Part shown: positions 17,780 through 25,921 of the stretch, piece by piece | Numbering within the stretch: position 1 is the stretch's first letter | How the letters are laid out: each line of letters begins with the position of its first letter | From: a virus | Taxonomy: Duplodnaviria; Caudoviricetes | Reading direction: 5' to 3' (one strand) | Length of the DNA: 27,916 nucleotides | IMG/VR virus record: IMGVR_UViG_3300027804_000022 | Span: 1 to 27,916 of that record | The notes under the pieces: generated by a model | Told to the model about the DNA's origin: nothing | What the model saw: only the letters and a program-made list of their open reading frames with translations | Databases searched by the model: none | Made by a program: the position numbers and the translations under genes

Positions 17780-17958
17780 AGACCAAGCGCGCAGGTGCAG
17801 CCAAGCCGCCGGTATGGACGGTGACCAACTGCACCGACTGCGGCAAGGTGATCGACTACACCGATCCCAGGCGGCAGGTGTTCCCTGGCACGCGCGTACT
17901 GGTCATCCACGAGAAGGGCCGTCGCTTTGAGTGGCGGCACAAGGCGTGCGTGAAGTGA
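17767..17958 (+). CDS. Small putative Zn-binding protein (CxxC...HxxC)
   Basis: GGAGGT RBS before ATG 17767; CTDC...HKAC. Confidence 0.75.
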   Translation: MAGVKTKRAGAAKPPVWTVTNCTDCGKVIDYTDPRRQVFPGTRVLVIHEKGRRFEWRHKACVK

Positions 17959-18245
17959 GTCAGATCGAGATCCTGACTCCTGAGCTGGACGAAGGGATCA
18001 AGTGCGTGCAGGATGGCGCGGACGCGTGGTGCTATGACCCCAAGATCGGTCGGCAGTTCGCCAAGTTGAGCATCCGGTACTCGGACGCAATCGCGCCAGA
18101 GGGCTGGTTCTTCCTCAATGAGCACATCTTCAACCGCGCAACCATCGCGGAACTGATCAAGTCAGGACACCTAGAACTGCAACAGTCCGTGTTCACGCTG
18201 TCCGACGGTGGACAGGCACGGCTAGGAAGGCTGGTACGAAAGTGA
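17955..18245 (+). CDS. Hypothetical protein
   Basis: GTGA overlaps at both ends; codon usage matches neighbours. Confidence 0.7.
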   Translation: MSQIEILTPELDEGIKCVQDGADAWCYDPKIGRQFAKLSIRYSDAIAPEGWFFLNEHIFNRATIAELIKSGHLELQQSVFTLSDGGQARLGRLVRK

Positions 18246-18601
18246 GCAAGATGAGCGACCTAGACATTGACGAGCAGAACAAAGAGAAGTCCAAGCGCGG
18301 CAAGCGCGCACGCAACAAGGGCAACTCATTCGAGCGCGAGGTCGCCGAGAAGATCGGCGGCGTGCGAGTCGGCCAGTACGGCGGCAAGACGGATGTCATG
18401 TCCGACTGGATCGTCATCCAGTGCAAGGTCGGCAACGGCTCCTACTCGGAGCGCTACGACGGCTGGCTCCGGTCGGTCAAGGGCAACAGCAGCCAGATCA
18501 CCGCACTCGTCGTGGGCGACGCGCCTGGACCAGGCACCAAGCGCCGCACCATGATCGTGCTCGACTTCGAGGACTTCGTTGAGCTGCTGAATCATGACTA
18601 G
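18242..18601 (+). CDS. Hjc-like Holliday junction resolvase (PD-(D/E)XK)
   Basis: RNKGNSFEREVA...TDV...IQCK...LDFEDF. Confidence 0.78.
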   Translation: MSKMSDLDIDEQNKEKSKRGKRARNKGNSFEREVAEKIGGVRVGQYGGKTDVMSDWIVIQCKVGNGSYSERYDGWLRSVKGNSSQITALVVGDAPGPGTKRRTMIVLDFEDFVELLNHD

Positions 18602-19187
18602 GGAAGAGGTCACCCTGCTCCGCGCAGGGTTCGCCAAGACCTTTGCTCCGCACCTTGCCGAGAGCCGCCGTTGGTCTGCGTTCACCTTTATCGCCGACAT
18701 CCTGATCGCACGATCCTTCAGCCAGCCCACGCTGATCGTTGAGACAGGCTGCGCTCGCAAGGAGAACAACTGGAGCGGCGACGGCCAGAGCACCGTGGTG
18801 TGGTCATGGCTGTCAGCACAGTTGGACGGCTTCACCTATTCAGTCGACATCAACCCAGACCATGTGACTCTTGCTCGCTCGCTGTCGCCGAATGCTCGCA
18901 TCACCGTGGGCGACTCTGTGGACTTCCTCCGGCACTTCGGCAACGCATCGTCTATCTCGCTGCTTTACCTGGACTCGTTCGACTACAAGGTCGGCAGCCT
19001 AGATGCGGCAGAGCATCACCTGCGTGAGCTGCAAGCAATCTACGACCGACTACCAGCAGACTGCATGATCGCGGTGGATGACTGCATCACACCGACCGAG
19101 GGCAAGGGTGCGCTCGTGCGGCAGTGGCTAGAGGAGCGCGGCAACCTTCCTGTCTTGGAAGGCTATGTCACGGTATGGCTCAAGTAG
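18594..19187 (+). CDS. Class I SAM-dependent methyltransferase (Methyltransf_24-like)
   Basis: IVETG, YSVDI, GDSVDFL, LLYLDS, IAVDD; no DPPY/NPPY or PC motif of DNA methyltransferases. Confidence 0.85.
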   Translation: MTREEVTLLRAGFAKTFAPHLAESRRWSAFTFIADILIARSFSQPTLIVETGCARKENNWSGDGQSTVVWSWLSAQLDGFTYSVDINPDHVTLARSLSPNARITVGDSVDFLRHFGNASSISLLYLDSFDYKVGSLDAAEHHLRELQAIYDRLPADCMIAVDDCITPTEGKGALVRQWLEERGNLPVLEGYVTVWLK

Positions 19188-19672
19188 CATCCCTGCTCTT
19201 GAGTCTCACACTCCTGACTGGCTCAGGAGGACCGAGCCTCACACCGAGCGGTGTACCGACCGAGGGAGTCGCCACCTGGTACGGCGCGCACTGCCCCAAG
19301 GGCGTGACCAACTTTGGGCGTGTTGATACCTGCACTCCGTACCTCACCAAGGCACAGGGTGGCCGTGGTGGTGAGCGTGTCTGGTATGCCGCCGTGGCGA
19401 GTTTCTCTTACTACGCGAAACCGTATACACTCCGCGTCTGTAGGAAGGACCAGCTGACTCGCTGTGTGACCGTCGTGGTCAGAGATGAGTGCGCCGGTCT
19501 TTGTAGGAGGGATCTCACAAGACCGTGGACAAGCAAGAGCCGAGCCATCGACCTAAGCCCAGCCGCGTTCTCTCAACTCGCGCCGCTCGGCAGAGGAGTG
19601 CTGGCGGTAACCATCAGGGAACTACCAAAGAGCAGCGAGAGTTCCAGCAGGCTTGTGCCGCGTGGTCGGTGA
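19175..19672 (+). CDS. Secreted RlpA-like double-psi beta-barrel protein (possible lytic transglycosylase)
   Basis: Signal-like N-terminus; GVATWY, V.V.VRD, RAIDLSPAAF..LA....GVL.V. Confidence 0.82.
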   Translation: MAQVASLLLSLTLLTGSGGPSLTPSGVPTEGVATWYGAHCPKGVTNFGRVDTCTPYLTKAQGGRGGERVWYAAVASFSYYAKPYTLRVCRKDQLTRCVTVVVRDECAGLCRRDLTRPWTSKSRAIDLSPAAFSQLAPLGRGVLAVTIRELPKSSESSSRLVPRGR

Positions 19673-19974
19673 AGCTCGAAGTCAAACTCAACGCACTCTT
19701 CAACTTGATGCCGCAGTTTGGTAAGAGCATCCACTGGGCGCGAGAGCGCTATTACGGCGGCACCTTCGTCACCGACGCTGACCTCTACTGGATCAATGAT
19801 CGACTCAAAGACGAAACCGAGATTGACAGAGGCAAGAGACTGCACATCTACGCTGCGGCTGTTGATCTGATGTGCAAGGTGTGTGCAGGCGATGAGGAGA
19901 AGACTCCGACCTGCTGGGATCGCACCTGCCCACTCCGTCCAGTGTCGCCGCTTCCACTCAGGATCTACGAATGA
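19669..19974 (+). CDS. Hypothetical protein with a C-terminal Cys cluster (start uncertain; frame open from 19525)
   Basis: GTGA overlap at 19669; CKVC...C....CPL. Confidence 0.65.
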   Translation: MKLEVKLNALFNLMPQFGKSIHWARERYYGGTFVTDADLYWINDRLKDETEIDRGKRLHIYAAAVDLMCKVCAGDEEKTPTCWDRTCPLRPVSPLPLRIYE

Positions 19975-19993
19975 TGCGGTACGCTTTCTCGGC

Positions 19994-20023
19994 GACGGCG
20001 CGACCTTTTGGTGTGCTGCCGTC
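19994..20023 (+). other. Hairpin 1 of the non-coding cassette
   Basis: GACGGCG / TGCCGTC enclosing ACC-TTTT-GGT; just downstream of a possible -10 box TACGCT (19980-19985). Confidence 0.5.
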
Positions 20024-20028
20024 ACTCG

Positions 20029-20059
20029 CCCTGCCGGTGGAGTCCTCCCATCGGCAGGG
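20029..20059 (+). other. Hairpin 2 of the non-coding cassette; loop AGTCCTC
   Basis: CCCTGCCGGTGG / CCATCGGCAGGG, 12 bp with one G:U. Confidence 0.7.
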
Positions 20060-20067
20060 TCTAACCT

Positions 20068-20152
20068 GGGGCAGCGTAGACGCTTGCACGACCATCACGG
20101 CTATTGCCGGTCAGCAAGGAACGAGTGGTGCGACTCCACTCCTGCTCCACCA
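20068..20152 (+). ncRNA. tRNA-like RNA (alanine-type acceptor stem, T-arm, ACCA end; no D-arm)
   Basis: GGGGCAG / CTGCTCC-A-CCA with G3:U70; GAGTGG-TGCGACT-CCACTC T-arm; central CTTGC/GCAAG and GACC/GGTC helices. Confidence 0.7.
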
Positions 20153-20166
20153 CTACAGGAGGGCAA

Positions 20167-20574
20167 ATGGCTAAGGCGAAGGACAAGTTCATCGCTCTCC
20201 GAGAGTGGGTAGCAGAGGCGCAGGTGCTGCTCGGTGTTGACTCGTGGGAGCTCACCATCGTTGAGGCCGCCTCCGATGTGGATGCCTGGGCAGACATTGA
20301 CGCACACGCCCAGCAGCCGACCGCTGACCTTCGCGTCAGTCACGACTTCTGGGCGCAGACCCCAGAGAAGCAGCGCCTCATCCTGACCCACGAGCTGCTG
20401 CACCTAGTGCTTGCTCGATATGCGCGCGTCACCGAGACGCTAGAGGAGTCACTCGGCAAGTTGGCGTGGGCTGTCCTGGAGCCGCAGCTAGAGGACGCAG
20501 AGGAGCGTGCAACCGAGCATCTTGCTCGCATCTTGGCTCCGTACCTATCGCTACCGGCATTCCCCAAGGCATGA
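20167..20574 (+). CDS. HExxH zincin-like putative metallopeptidase
   Basis: LTHELLHL and downstream EE; AGGAGG RBS favours ATG 20167. Confidence 0.75.
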   Translation: MAKAKDKFIALREWVAEAQVLLGVDSWELTIVEAASDVDAWADIDAHAQQPTADLRVSHDFWAQTPEKQRLILTHELLHLVLARYARVTETLEESLGKLAWAVLEPQLEDAEERATEHLARILAPYLSLPAFPKA

Positions 20575-20900
20575 GGGCGCAGCGACCGTGTCTGACCTGC
20601 GGAGTCCTTACCACCTACGGCAACCGCTGCAATGTCTGCGGACCACGCAAGGCGACCGAGTGGGCGAAGAATCGCGGACCATCTCCCTACCGCAACGCCG
20701 ACTGGCGGAGGCTCAGCATCCAGAAGCGCAAGGAGGTTCCCTACTGCGAGCTGTGCGGACAGCGCGACGGCAACCCCAGCAACCCACTTACCGCAGACCA
20801 TATCCAGCCGCTGAGTCAGGGAGGCGCGTTGATCGTGCCGACCTATATGCTCCGCACGCTGTGTAGGGTTTGTCACGGCAAGATCACCAAGCATAGTTAG
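20571..20900 (+). CDS. HNH endonuclease (HK97 gp74-like packaging cofactor)
   Basis: Y...WRRL, CELC, ADHIQPLSQGG, LCRVCH..IT; ATGA overlap. Confidence 0.88.
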   Translation: MRAQRPCLTCGVLTTYGNRCNVCGPRKATEWAKNRGPSPYRNADWRRLSIQKRKEVPYCELCGQRDGNPSNPLTADHIQPLSQGGALIVPTYMLRTLCRVCHGKITKHS

Positions 20901-20909
20901 GAGGACACC

Positions 20910-22124
20910 ATGAGCAAGCCCATCATCATCGTGAGCAACACGCCAGTCGCACCGACCGGCTACGGCCAGCAGACCAAGCAACTGGCGCACCGCATCAAGG
21001 CAGACGGCATCCCTGTCGGAGTCTCTGCGAACTACGGCGCTCCGACCAACATGGAGGTCGAGGGCATCCAGGTATTCGCCGAGGGGCTGATCAAGTACGC
21101 CAATGACTCTGGACCAGAGAACATCGCCATGGCTGCGTCACAGGGTGGCTTCGGTCTGACCCTGTTCGATGTGTGGGTGGCGATCAACGATGCCTACCAC
21201 CAACTGCCTGTGGTCTCGTGGGTGCCGATCGACCACGACCCAGTGCCACCGCGCGTGGCGGAGTGGTGCATCAAGGGTGGCAACAAGCTCATCGTGGCGA
21301 TGAGCAAGCACGGCGAGCAGGCACTCCTGAAGGCAGGCGTACCGCGTGACCGCCTGGTCTACATCCCACACGCCATTGACACCAAGGTCTGGACGCATGA
21401 AGGGCCGACCTGCCGCGATGTGCTTCGCGTGCCGGAGGACGCGCACCTGACCGTGATCACCGCCATGAACAAGGGCAAGCGCAAGTCATTCCCTGAAATG
21501 CTGAAGGCGTGGGCGCTCTTCGCGCAGCAGCACAAGGATGCCTACCTGTACCTGCACACCGACCGCTGGGGTCACCTAGACGGCATCAACCTGATCCCAG
21601 TGCTCAAGGCAGTCGGTGCTCCAGAGGATCGCATTCGCTGGGTGAACAGCAGCCAGATGCGCGCAGGCATCCCAGCCGAGACGCTCGCCAGCATCATGCG
21701 CTCCGCCAATGTCCTGCTGCTCGCCTCACGCGGTGAGGGCTTCGGCATCCCTGTGATCGAGGCGCAGGCGTGCGGCACGCCAGTCATCGTGACCGACTGG
21801 ACCGCGCAGCCTGAGCTAGTGAAAGACCACGGCTACATCGCAGAGGGTCAACTGGACTGGGATGAGATGCAGGAGTCGTGGTGGAAGATCCCAAGCGTTG
21901 AGAGCATCCTTGAGGGGCTGACGCTCAACTACATCGCCACACAGGCTGGCGAGATTGACCGCGCCGCTCTGGCCAAGAAGATGTACGAGTACGACGCTGA
22001 CTATGTCTACACGACCAAGTGGCAGCCGCTCTTCGCTGACATCTTCAGTGGCAAGATCAGGCTAGGCGTACCGGCACAGCAGCCAGTCGCCTTGAACCGC
22101 GCACAGCGACGGAAGGCTAAGTGA
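20910..22124 (+). CDS. GT-B (GT4) glycosyltransferase
   Basis: PTGYG, IPHAID, RKSFP, SRGEGFGIPVIEAQACGTPVI (E-x7-E motif). Confidence 0.92.
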   Translation: MSKPIIIVSNTPVAPTGYGQQTKQLAHRIKADGIPVGVSANYGAPTNMEVEGIQVFAEGLIKYANDSGPENIAMAASQGGFGLTLFDVWVAINDAYHQLPVVSWVPIDHDPVPPRVAEWCIKGGNKLIVAMSKHGEQALLKAGVPRDRLVYIPHAIDTKVWTHEGPTCRDVLRVPEDAHLTVITAMNKGKRKSFPEMLKAWALFAQQHKDAYLYLHTDRWGHLDGINLIPVLKAVGAPEDRIRWVNSSQMRAGIPAETLASIMRSANVLLLASRGEGFGIPVIEAQACGTPVIVTDWTAQPELVKDHGYIAEGQLDWDEMQESWWKIPSVESILEGLTLNYIATQAGEIDRAALAKKMYEYDADYVYTTKWQPLFADIFSGKIRLGVPAQQPVALNRAQRRKAK

Positions 22125-22333
22125 TCGAGCACCTGTGCAAGCCTGGCGATATTCGTGGGCTTGGCAAGCGCCGCGCCTGCTCTCGCGTCCTGTACTGCAA
22201 CCTGTGCAAGCGTGACCTAGTGCCAGACGCTCCGACCTGTGGCGAGTGCTCGTACTGCCGCCGCACCCAAGAGCGCCGAGATGGCAAGCCCTACTGGGCT
22301 GGCAAGGACTGGGTGCCCAATGCCGATCTATGA
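22121..22333 (+). CDS. Small Cys-rich protein
   Basis: GTGA overlap; CNLC and CGECSYC. Confidence 0.65.
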   Translation: MIEHLCKPGDIRGLGKRRACSRVLYCNLCKRDLVPDAPTCGECSYCRRTQERRDGKPYWAGKDWVPNADL

Positions 22334-22511
22334 GTTCAAGTGTCCGACCTGCGGCAAGATCGAGGAGCGCATGCAGTCAGGCTTTGAGCCAGTCGTGCCA
22401 CGCTGCGAGTGTGGACCGTGGATGATCTTGCAGCTCACGCCTAGTGCTGTGCTCTTCAAGGGCAAGGGGTGGGCGAAGCGCGATAGGGAGGGGCGGTCAG
22501 ATTCTGAGTAG
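22320..22511 (+). CDS. FmdB-family zinc ribbon protein
   Basis: MPIYEFKCPTCG...CECG...FKGKGW. Confidence 0.85.
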   Translation: MPIYEFKCPTCGKIEERMQSGFEPVVPRCECGPWMILQLTPSAVLFKGKGWAKRDREGRSDSE

Positions 22512-22592
22512 CGTGCACCCTACGGTACCCAGCGCCGAGTTCGTCAATCTCTTGTACGGTGTGGGTCCTACGAACAGTTGGGAGTTTTATTT
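22484..22592. other. Candidate cos / packaging-initiation region
   Basis: G-rich GGGAGGGGCGGTC followed by a non-coding gap just upstream of terS; inferred from the usual layout of HNH plus HK97-type terminase phages. Confidence 0.3.
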
Positions 22593-23138
22593 GTGAGCGC
22601 GAAAAAGCCAGCCGACAAAAGGCAGAACAGATCGACCAAAGATCTTGGCGTGCTGCCCCAGATCGCCCTTGATCCTGCGGCCATTCCACCGGCACCGAGT
22701 CACCTGACCGAGCGCTGGGTCAAGGCTTGGGAGATCTTCTGGCGCTCGCCGTTTGCTCAGGTCGTGCAGCCAGCGCAGATGCCTGCGCTTGAGCGGCTCT
22801 TCTCGATGTACGACGAGCGCGAGCGAATGGACATCTACCTACGCGAGGAGCCGATGACCGTTGGCTCTCAGGGGCAGAAGATCCTCAACCCTATGTACCG
22901 ACAGCGCACCTCAGTAGATGCCGAGATCCGCCAGCTAGAAGATCGGTTCGGTCTGCACCCTAAGGCAGGGCTGACCTTGGGCATCGTGTATGGTGAAGCC
23001 GCACGCAGCCTGGAGGAACTCAATGCCAGAATCGCAAACGCAGCCTTCGCGGAAGCCGAAGCCGAAGCCGACCCACGCTACATTGAAGCCGGCAACGACT
23101 CCGCAGAAGAGGCCACTCTACTCGTCGCCGATCAGTAG
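22593..23138 (+). CDS. terS: Terminase small subunit
   Basis: PPAP..L....W, GSQGQ..LNP, LEDRFGLHPKA (P27-like); directly upstream of terL. Confidence 0.85.
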   Translation: MSAKKPADKRQNRSTKDLGVLPQIALDPAAIPPAPSHLTERWVKAWEIFWRSPFAQVVQPAQMPALERLFSMYDERERMDIYLREEPMTVGSQGQKILNPMYRQRTSVDAEIRQLEDRFGLHPKAGLTLGIVYGEAARSLEELNARIANAAFAEAEAEADPRYIEAGNDSAEEATLLVADQ

Positions 23139-24609
23139 TCCACCACCACCGTCGTGGGGTGGGCTGGTCTGTCGCTGGATTGAGACCAACCTAGTCCACG
23201 GTGAGGGCGACAAGTTCGGCGAGCCGTTCCGCCTAGAGCCGTGGCAGCGTGCCTACATCTGGCGGATCTACGAGTACGACGCAGCAACCCAGAAGCGCAC
23301 CGTGAAGCGCGCCCTGCTGGGTACGCCCAAGGGCAACGGCAAGACCGAGCTGCTCGCGGCTATCGCCTTGGCTGAGTTGGCAGGACCGAAGGCTCCGAAG
23401 TCACCCAACATCCCTATCGCTGCCGCATCATTCGAGCAGGCTGACCTGCTCTTCGGCACGGCTCGGATCATGCTCACGCAGGGTCCACTCGCCAAACTAT
23501 TTGAGGTCTACGACACCGAGATCCTGATCAAGGATCGTCCAGGCCGGATGTACCGCGTCGCCGCTGCGGCAGGCACCAACGATGGTGGGCGACCAACCTG
23601 CTTTATCGCCGACGAGCTGCACGAGTGGACAGGCAACAAAGAGCGCGTGCATCTGGTGCTGTCTAACTCACTCGCCAAGCGAGCCGAGGCCCTCGAGTTG
23701 AACATCTCAACGGCAGGCTCTGACGAGAACACGCTGCTCGGCAGGATGCTGACCTACGCCAAGCGCATCTCGTCTGGCGAGGTGAGCGACCCTTCCTTCC
23801 TAGTCGAGTGGTGGGCTGCTGCTGACAGCCACGACCTAGAGACCGACACTGGCCGTAGGGCTGCACTGGAGCAGGCGAACCCTAGCGCTCCGGCATTCGT
23901 AGACATTGACAGACTGCTGGCACGCGCCAACGAAGTGCCCATGCACGAGTGGCAGCGCTACCACCTGAACCGCTTTGTGCAGCCGCCAGACCGTTGGATC
24001 GGCGCAGAGGCGTGGATGAAGCTGGCAGATCGTGAGCGCAAACTCATTCCAGGCGAGCGCCTCAGCATCGGCTTTGACGGCTCGTATGCGCGCGACGCAT
24101 CGGTGCTCACCGCCTGCACGATGGACGGCCACCTGTTCCTGATCAAGGCGTGGGAGAAGTCCGACACCAACCGCGACCCAGACTGGACGGTGCCGCGCGG
24201 TGAGGTGGATGCGTTCGTAGATCAGATCATGCAGACCTACGATGCGACCCTGTTCTGCGACCCACCTGGCTGGTCATCGGAGATTGAAGAGTGGACGCGC
24301 CGGTACGGCAAGCGCGTGGCAGTGTTCAACACCGCCACGATTGAACGCATGGGTCCAGCCGTAGACCGATTCTTCACGGCCGTGGCGACTGGCGAGGGGC
24401 TGCGCCACGACGGCTCACCGCTCCTGGCACGCCATATCAGCAATGTGCATACGCGCCTGACGCGCTATGGGCAGGTCTTGACCAAGGCATACAAGGCTTC
24501 GCCTGACCGCATTGACGCGGCCGTGTCTGCCGTCGTCGCATTCCAGGGTGTAAAGTTCCTACAGATCGAACCTAAGTCAGCAGCGAAAGTGGAGTGGATC
24601 AACCTATGA
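23023..24609 (+). CDS. terL: Terminase large subunit (HK97-like)
   Basis: LEPWQ, Walker A PKGNGKT, Walker B IADELH, ISTAG, GFDGS, RIDAAVS; GGAGG RBS before ATG 23023. Confidence 0.95.
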   Translation: MPESQTQPSRKPKPKPTHATLKPATTPQKRPLYSSPISSPPPPSWGGLVCRWIETNLVHGEGDKFGEPFRLEPWQRAYIWRIYEYDAATQKRTVKRALLGTPKGNGKTELLAAIALAELAGPKAPKSPNIPIAAASFEQADLLFGTARIMLTQGPLAKLFEVYDTEILIKDRPGRMYRVAAAAGTNDGGRPTCFIADELHEWTGNKERVHLVLSNSLAKRAEALELNISTAGSDENTLLGRMLTYAKRISSGEVSDPSFLVEWWAAADSHDLETDTGRRAALEQANPSAPAFVDIDRLLARANEVPMHEWQRYHLNRFVQPPDRWIGAEAWMKLADRERKLIPGERLSIGFDGSYARDASVLTACTMDGHLFLIKAWEKSDTNRDPDWTVPRGEVDAFVDQIMQTYDATLFCDPPGWSSEIEEWTRRYGKRVAVFNTATIERMGPAVDRFFTAVATGEGLRHDGSPLLARHISNVHTRLTRYGQVLTKAYKASPDRIDAAVSAVVAFQGVKFLQIEPKSAAKVEWINL

Positions 24610-24743
24610 TTAGCAACCTTCTCGAAGTTGTGGGTGGCGCACTTGTCATCGCAGGTCTCGCGCTACTCTCTCTCCCATTGGGACTCATCGCATTGGGCGC
24701 GGCTCTTGCCGCTATCGGCTATACGCTAGGAGACCGTAAGTGA
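24606..24743 (+). CDS. Small membrane protein between terL and portal (45 aa; not in ORF track)
   Basis: MISNLLEVVGGALVIAGLALLSLPLGLIALGAALAAIGYTLGDRK; 4-nt overlaps at both ends. Confidence 0.8.
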   Translation: MISNLLEVVGGALVIAGLALLSLPLGLIALGAALAAIGYTLGDRK

Positions 24744-25921
24744 GCATCCTTCGCCGCATCCTTGGTGAGCAGCGTGCCGTAGGTGGCACTTGGATCACCG
24801 ACAATCAGCCATCTGTTTCTTCTGCCGGTGTCTCAATCAACAGCCAGACGGCACTCTCCATCGGAGCCTACTACGCAGCAGTCAAGCTGTACGCCGACAC
24901 CGTAGCCTCCCTGCCATGGGATACCTACATTCGCATTGACGGCACGCGCCGACCGTACCGACCGTCACCGTCGTGGCTCACGATGCCGCAGCCAAACAAT
25001 CCTAACTTCACTGGCTTCGACCTCAAGCACCGCATGGTCTCGTCACTCCTCATTGACGGCAACCTGTTCGTGCTGTTCATCAAGGGGCGCAACGGCGACA
25101 TCGTTGAGATGCGCGTACTCGATCCGCAGAAGGTCACCATCAAGAGCGTTGATGGCGCACCGATCTACACCGTGACTGGCGATGACAATGTCGGCGTGGA
25201 GTTGACCTCCGACGCGATCCTGCACATCCCACTCTTCGCCACTGGCTCCGCGCTGCGCGCACCGTCGCCTGTTGAGCAGCACCGCACGACGCTCGGCCTT
25301 GCCAGCGCCACGCAGCTCTACAGCGCCAAGTTCTACGAGCAGGGCGCAGCCCCATCTGCCGTGATCAAGATCCCTGGCGAGTTGACGCAGGATCAGGCGG
25401 ACTCGCTCCGCAACTCATTCAGCCGCCGACATGAAGGCATCGAGAAGATGCACAAAATCGCGGTGCTGACCGGCGGTGCAGACTTCCAGCAGATGTCCAT
25501 GAAGATCAGCGATATGCAGTTGGTTGAGACTCTGCACTGGGGCGTTGAGTCCATCGCTCGATTGATGGGCGTACCGCTCCACCTGCTCCAGTACCCAGGC
25601 GGCAACAGCTCGTACAACAGCGTTGAGATCGTCAGCATTGAGTGGCTGCGCCTTGGGCTTGGACCACTCGTCACTCGCCTAGAGGCTGGCTTGCAGCGTC
25701 TCGTTCCAGGTGCCGATCAGACCTTCATCAAGTTCACCCTTGACGGCCTGCTCCGACCTACGACCAAGGAGCGCTACGACGCATACGCCATCGCGCTGAA
25801 CAACGGCATCCTGTCGCTCAACGAGATCCGCCGTCTTGAGGATCGCGCAGATGTGGTCGGTGGCGACGAGCACTACAAGGCACTCAACATCGGCGTAGTC
25901 GGTCAGGAGCCACAGGCTTGA
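24740..25921 (+). CDS. HK97-family portal protein
   Basis: VASLP, LLIDGN, ILHI, IARLMGVP, SYNSVE, LSLNEIRRLED. Confidence 0.96.
   Translation: MSILRRILGEQRAVGGTWITDNQPSVSSAGVSINSQTALSIGAYYAAVKLYADTVASLPWDTYIRIDGTRRPYRPSPSWLTMPQPNNPNFTGFDLKHRMVSSLLIDGNLFVLFIKGRNGDIVEMRVLDPQKVTIKSVDGAPIYTVTGDDNVGVELTSDAILHIPLFATGSALRAPSPVEQHRTTLGLASATQLYSAKFYEQGAAPSAVIKIPGELTQDQADSLRNSFSRRHEGIEKMHKIAVLTGGADFQQMSMKISDMQLVETLHWGVESIARLMGVPLHLLQYPGGNSSYNSVEIVSIEWLRLGLGPLVTRLEAGLQRLVPGADQTFIKFTLDGLLRPTTKERYDAYAIALNNGILSLNEIRRLEDRADVVGGDEHYKALNIGVVGQEPQA

Noticed and set aside
18594-19187. DNA methyltransferase explaining the motif bias
   Set aside because: It lacks DNA methyltransferase catalytic motifs and resembles small-molecule/glycan methyltransferases.
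20068-20152. Canonical tRNA-Ala(UGC) or full-length tmRNA
   Set aside because: No D-stem, no stem around CUUGCAC, and no room for a tag ORF or pseudoknots.
19883-20212. ORFs 19883-20212 and 19971-20174, and the upstream extension of 20104-20574
   Set aside because: No protein motifs, and they overlap clear RNA structures; the strong RBS points to ATG 20167. The 19971 ORF has an ATGA overlap, so it cannot be fully excluded.
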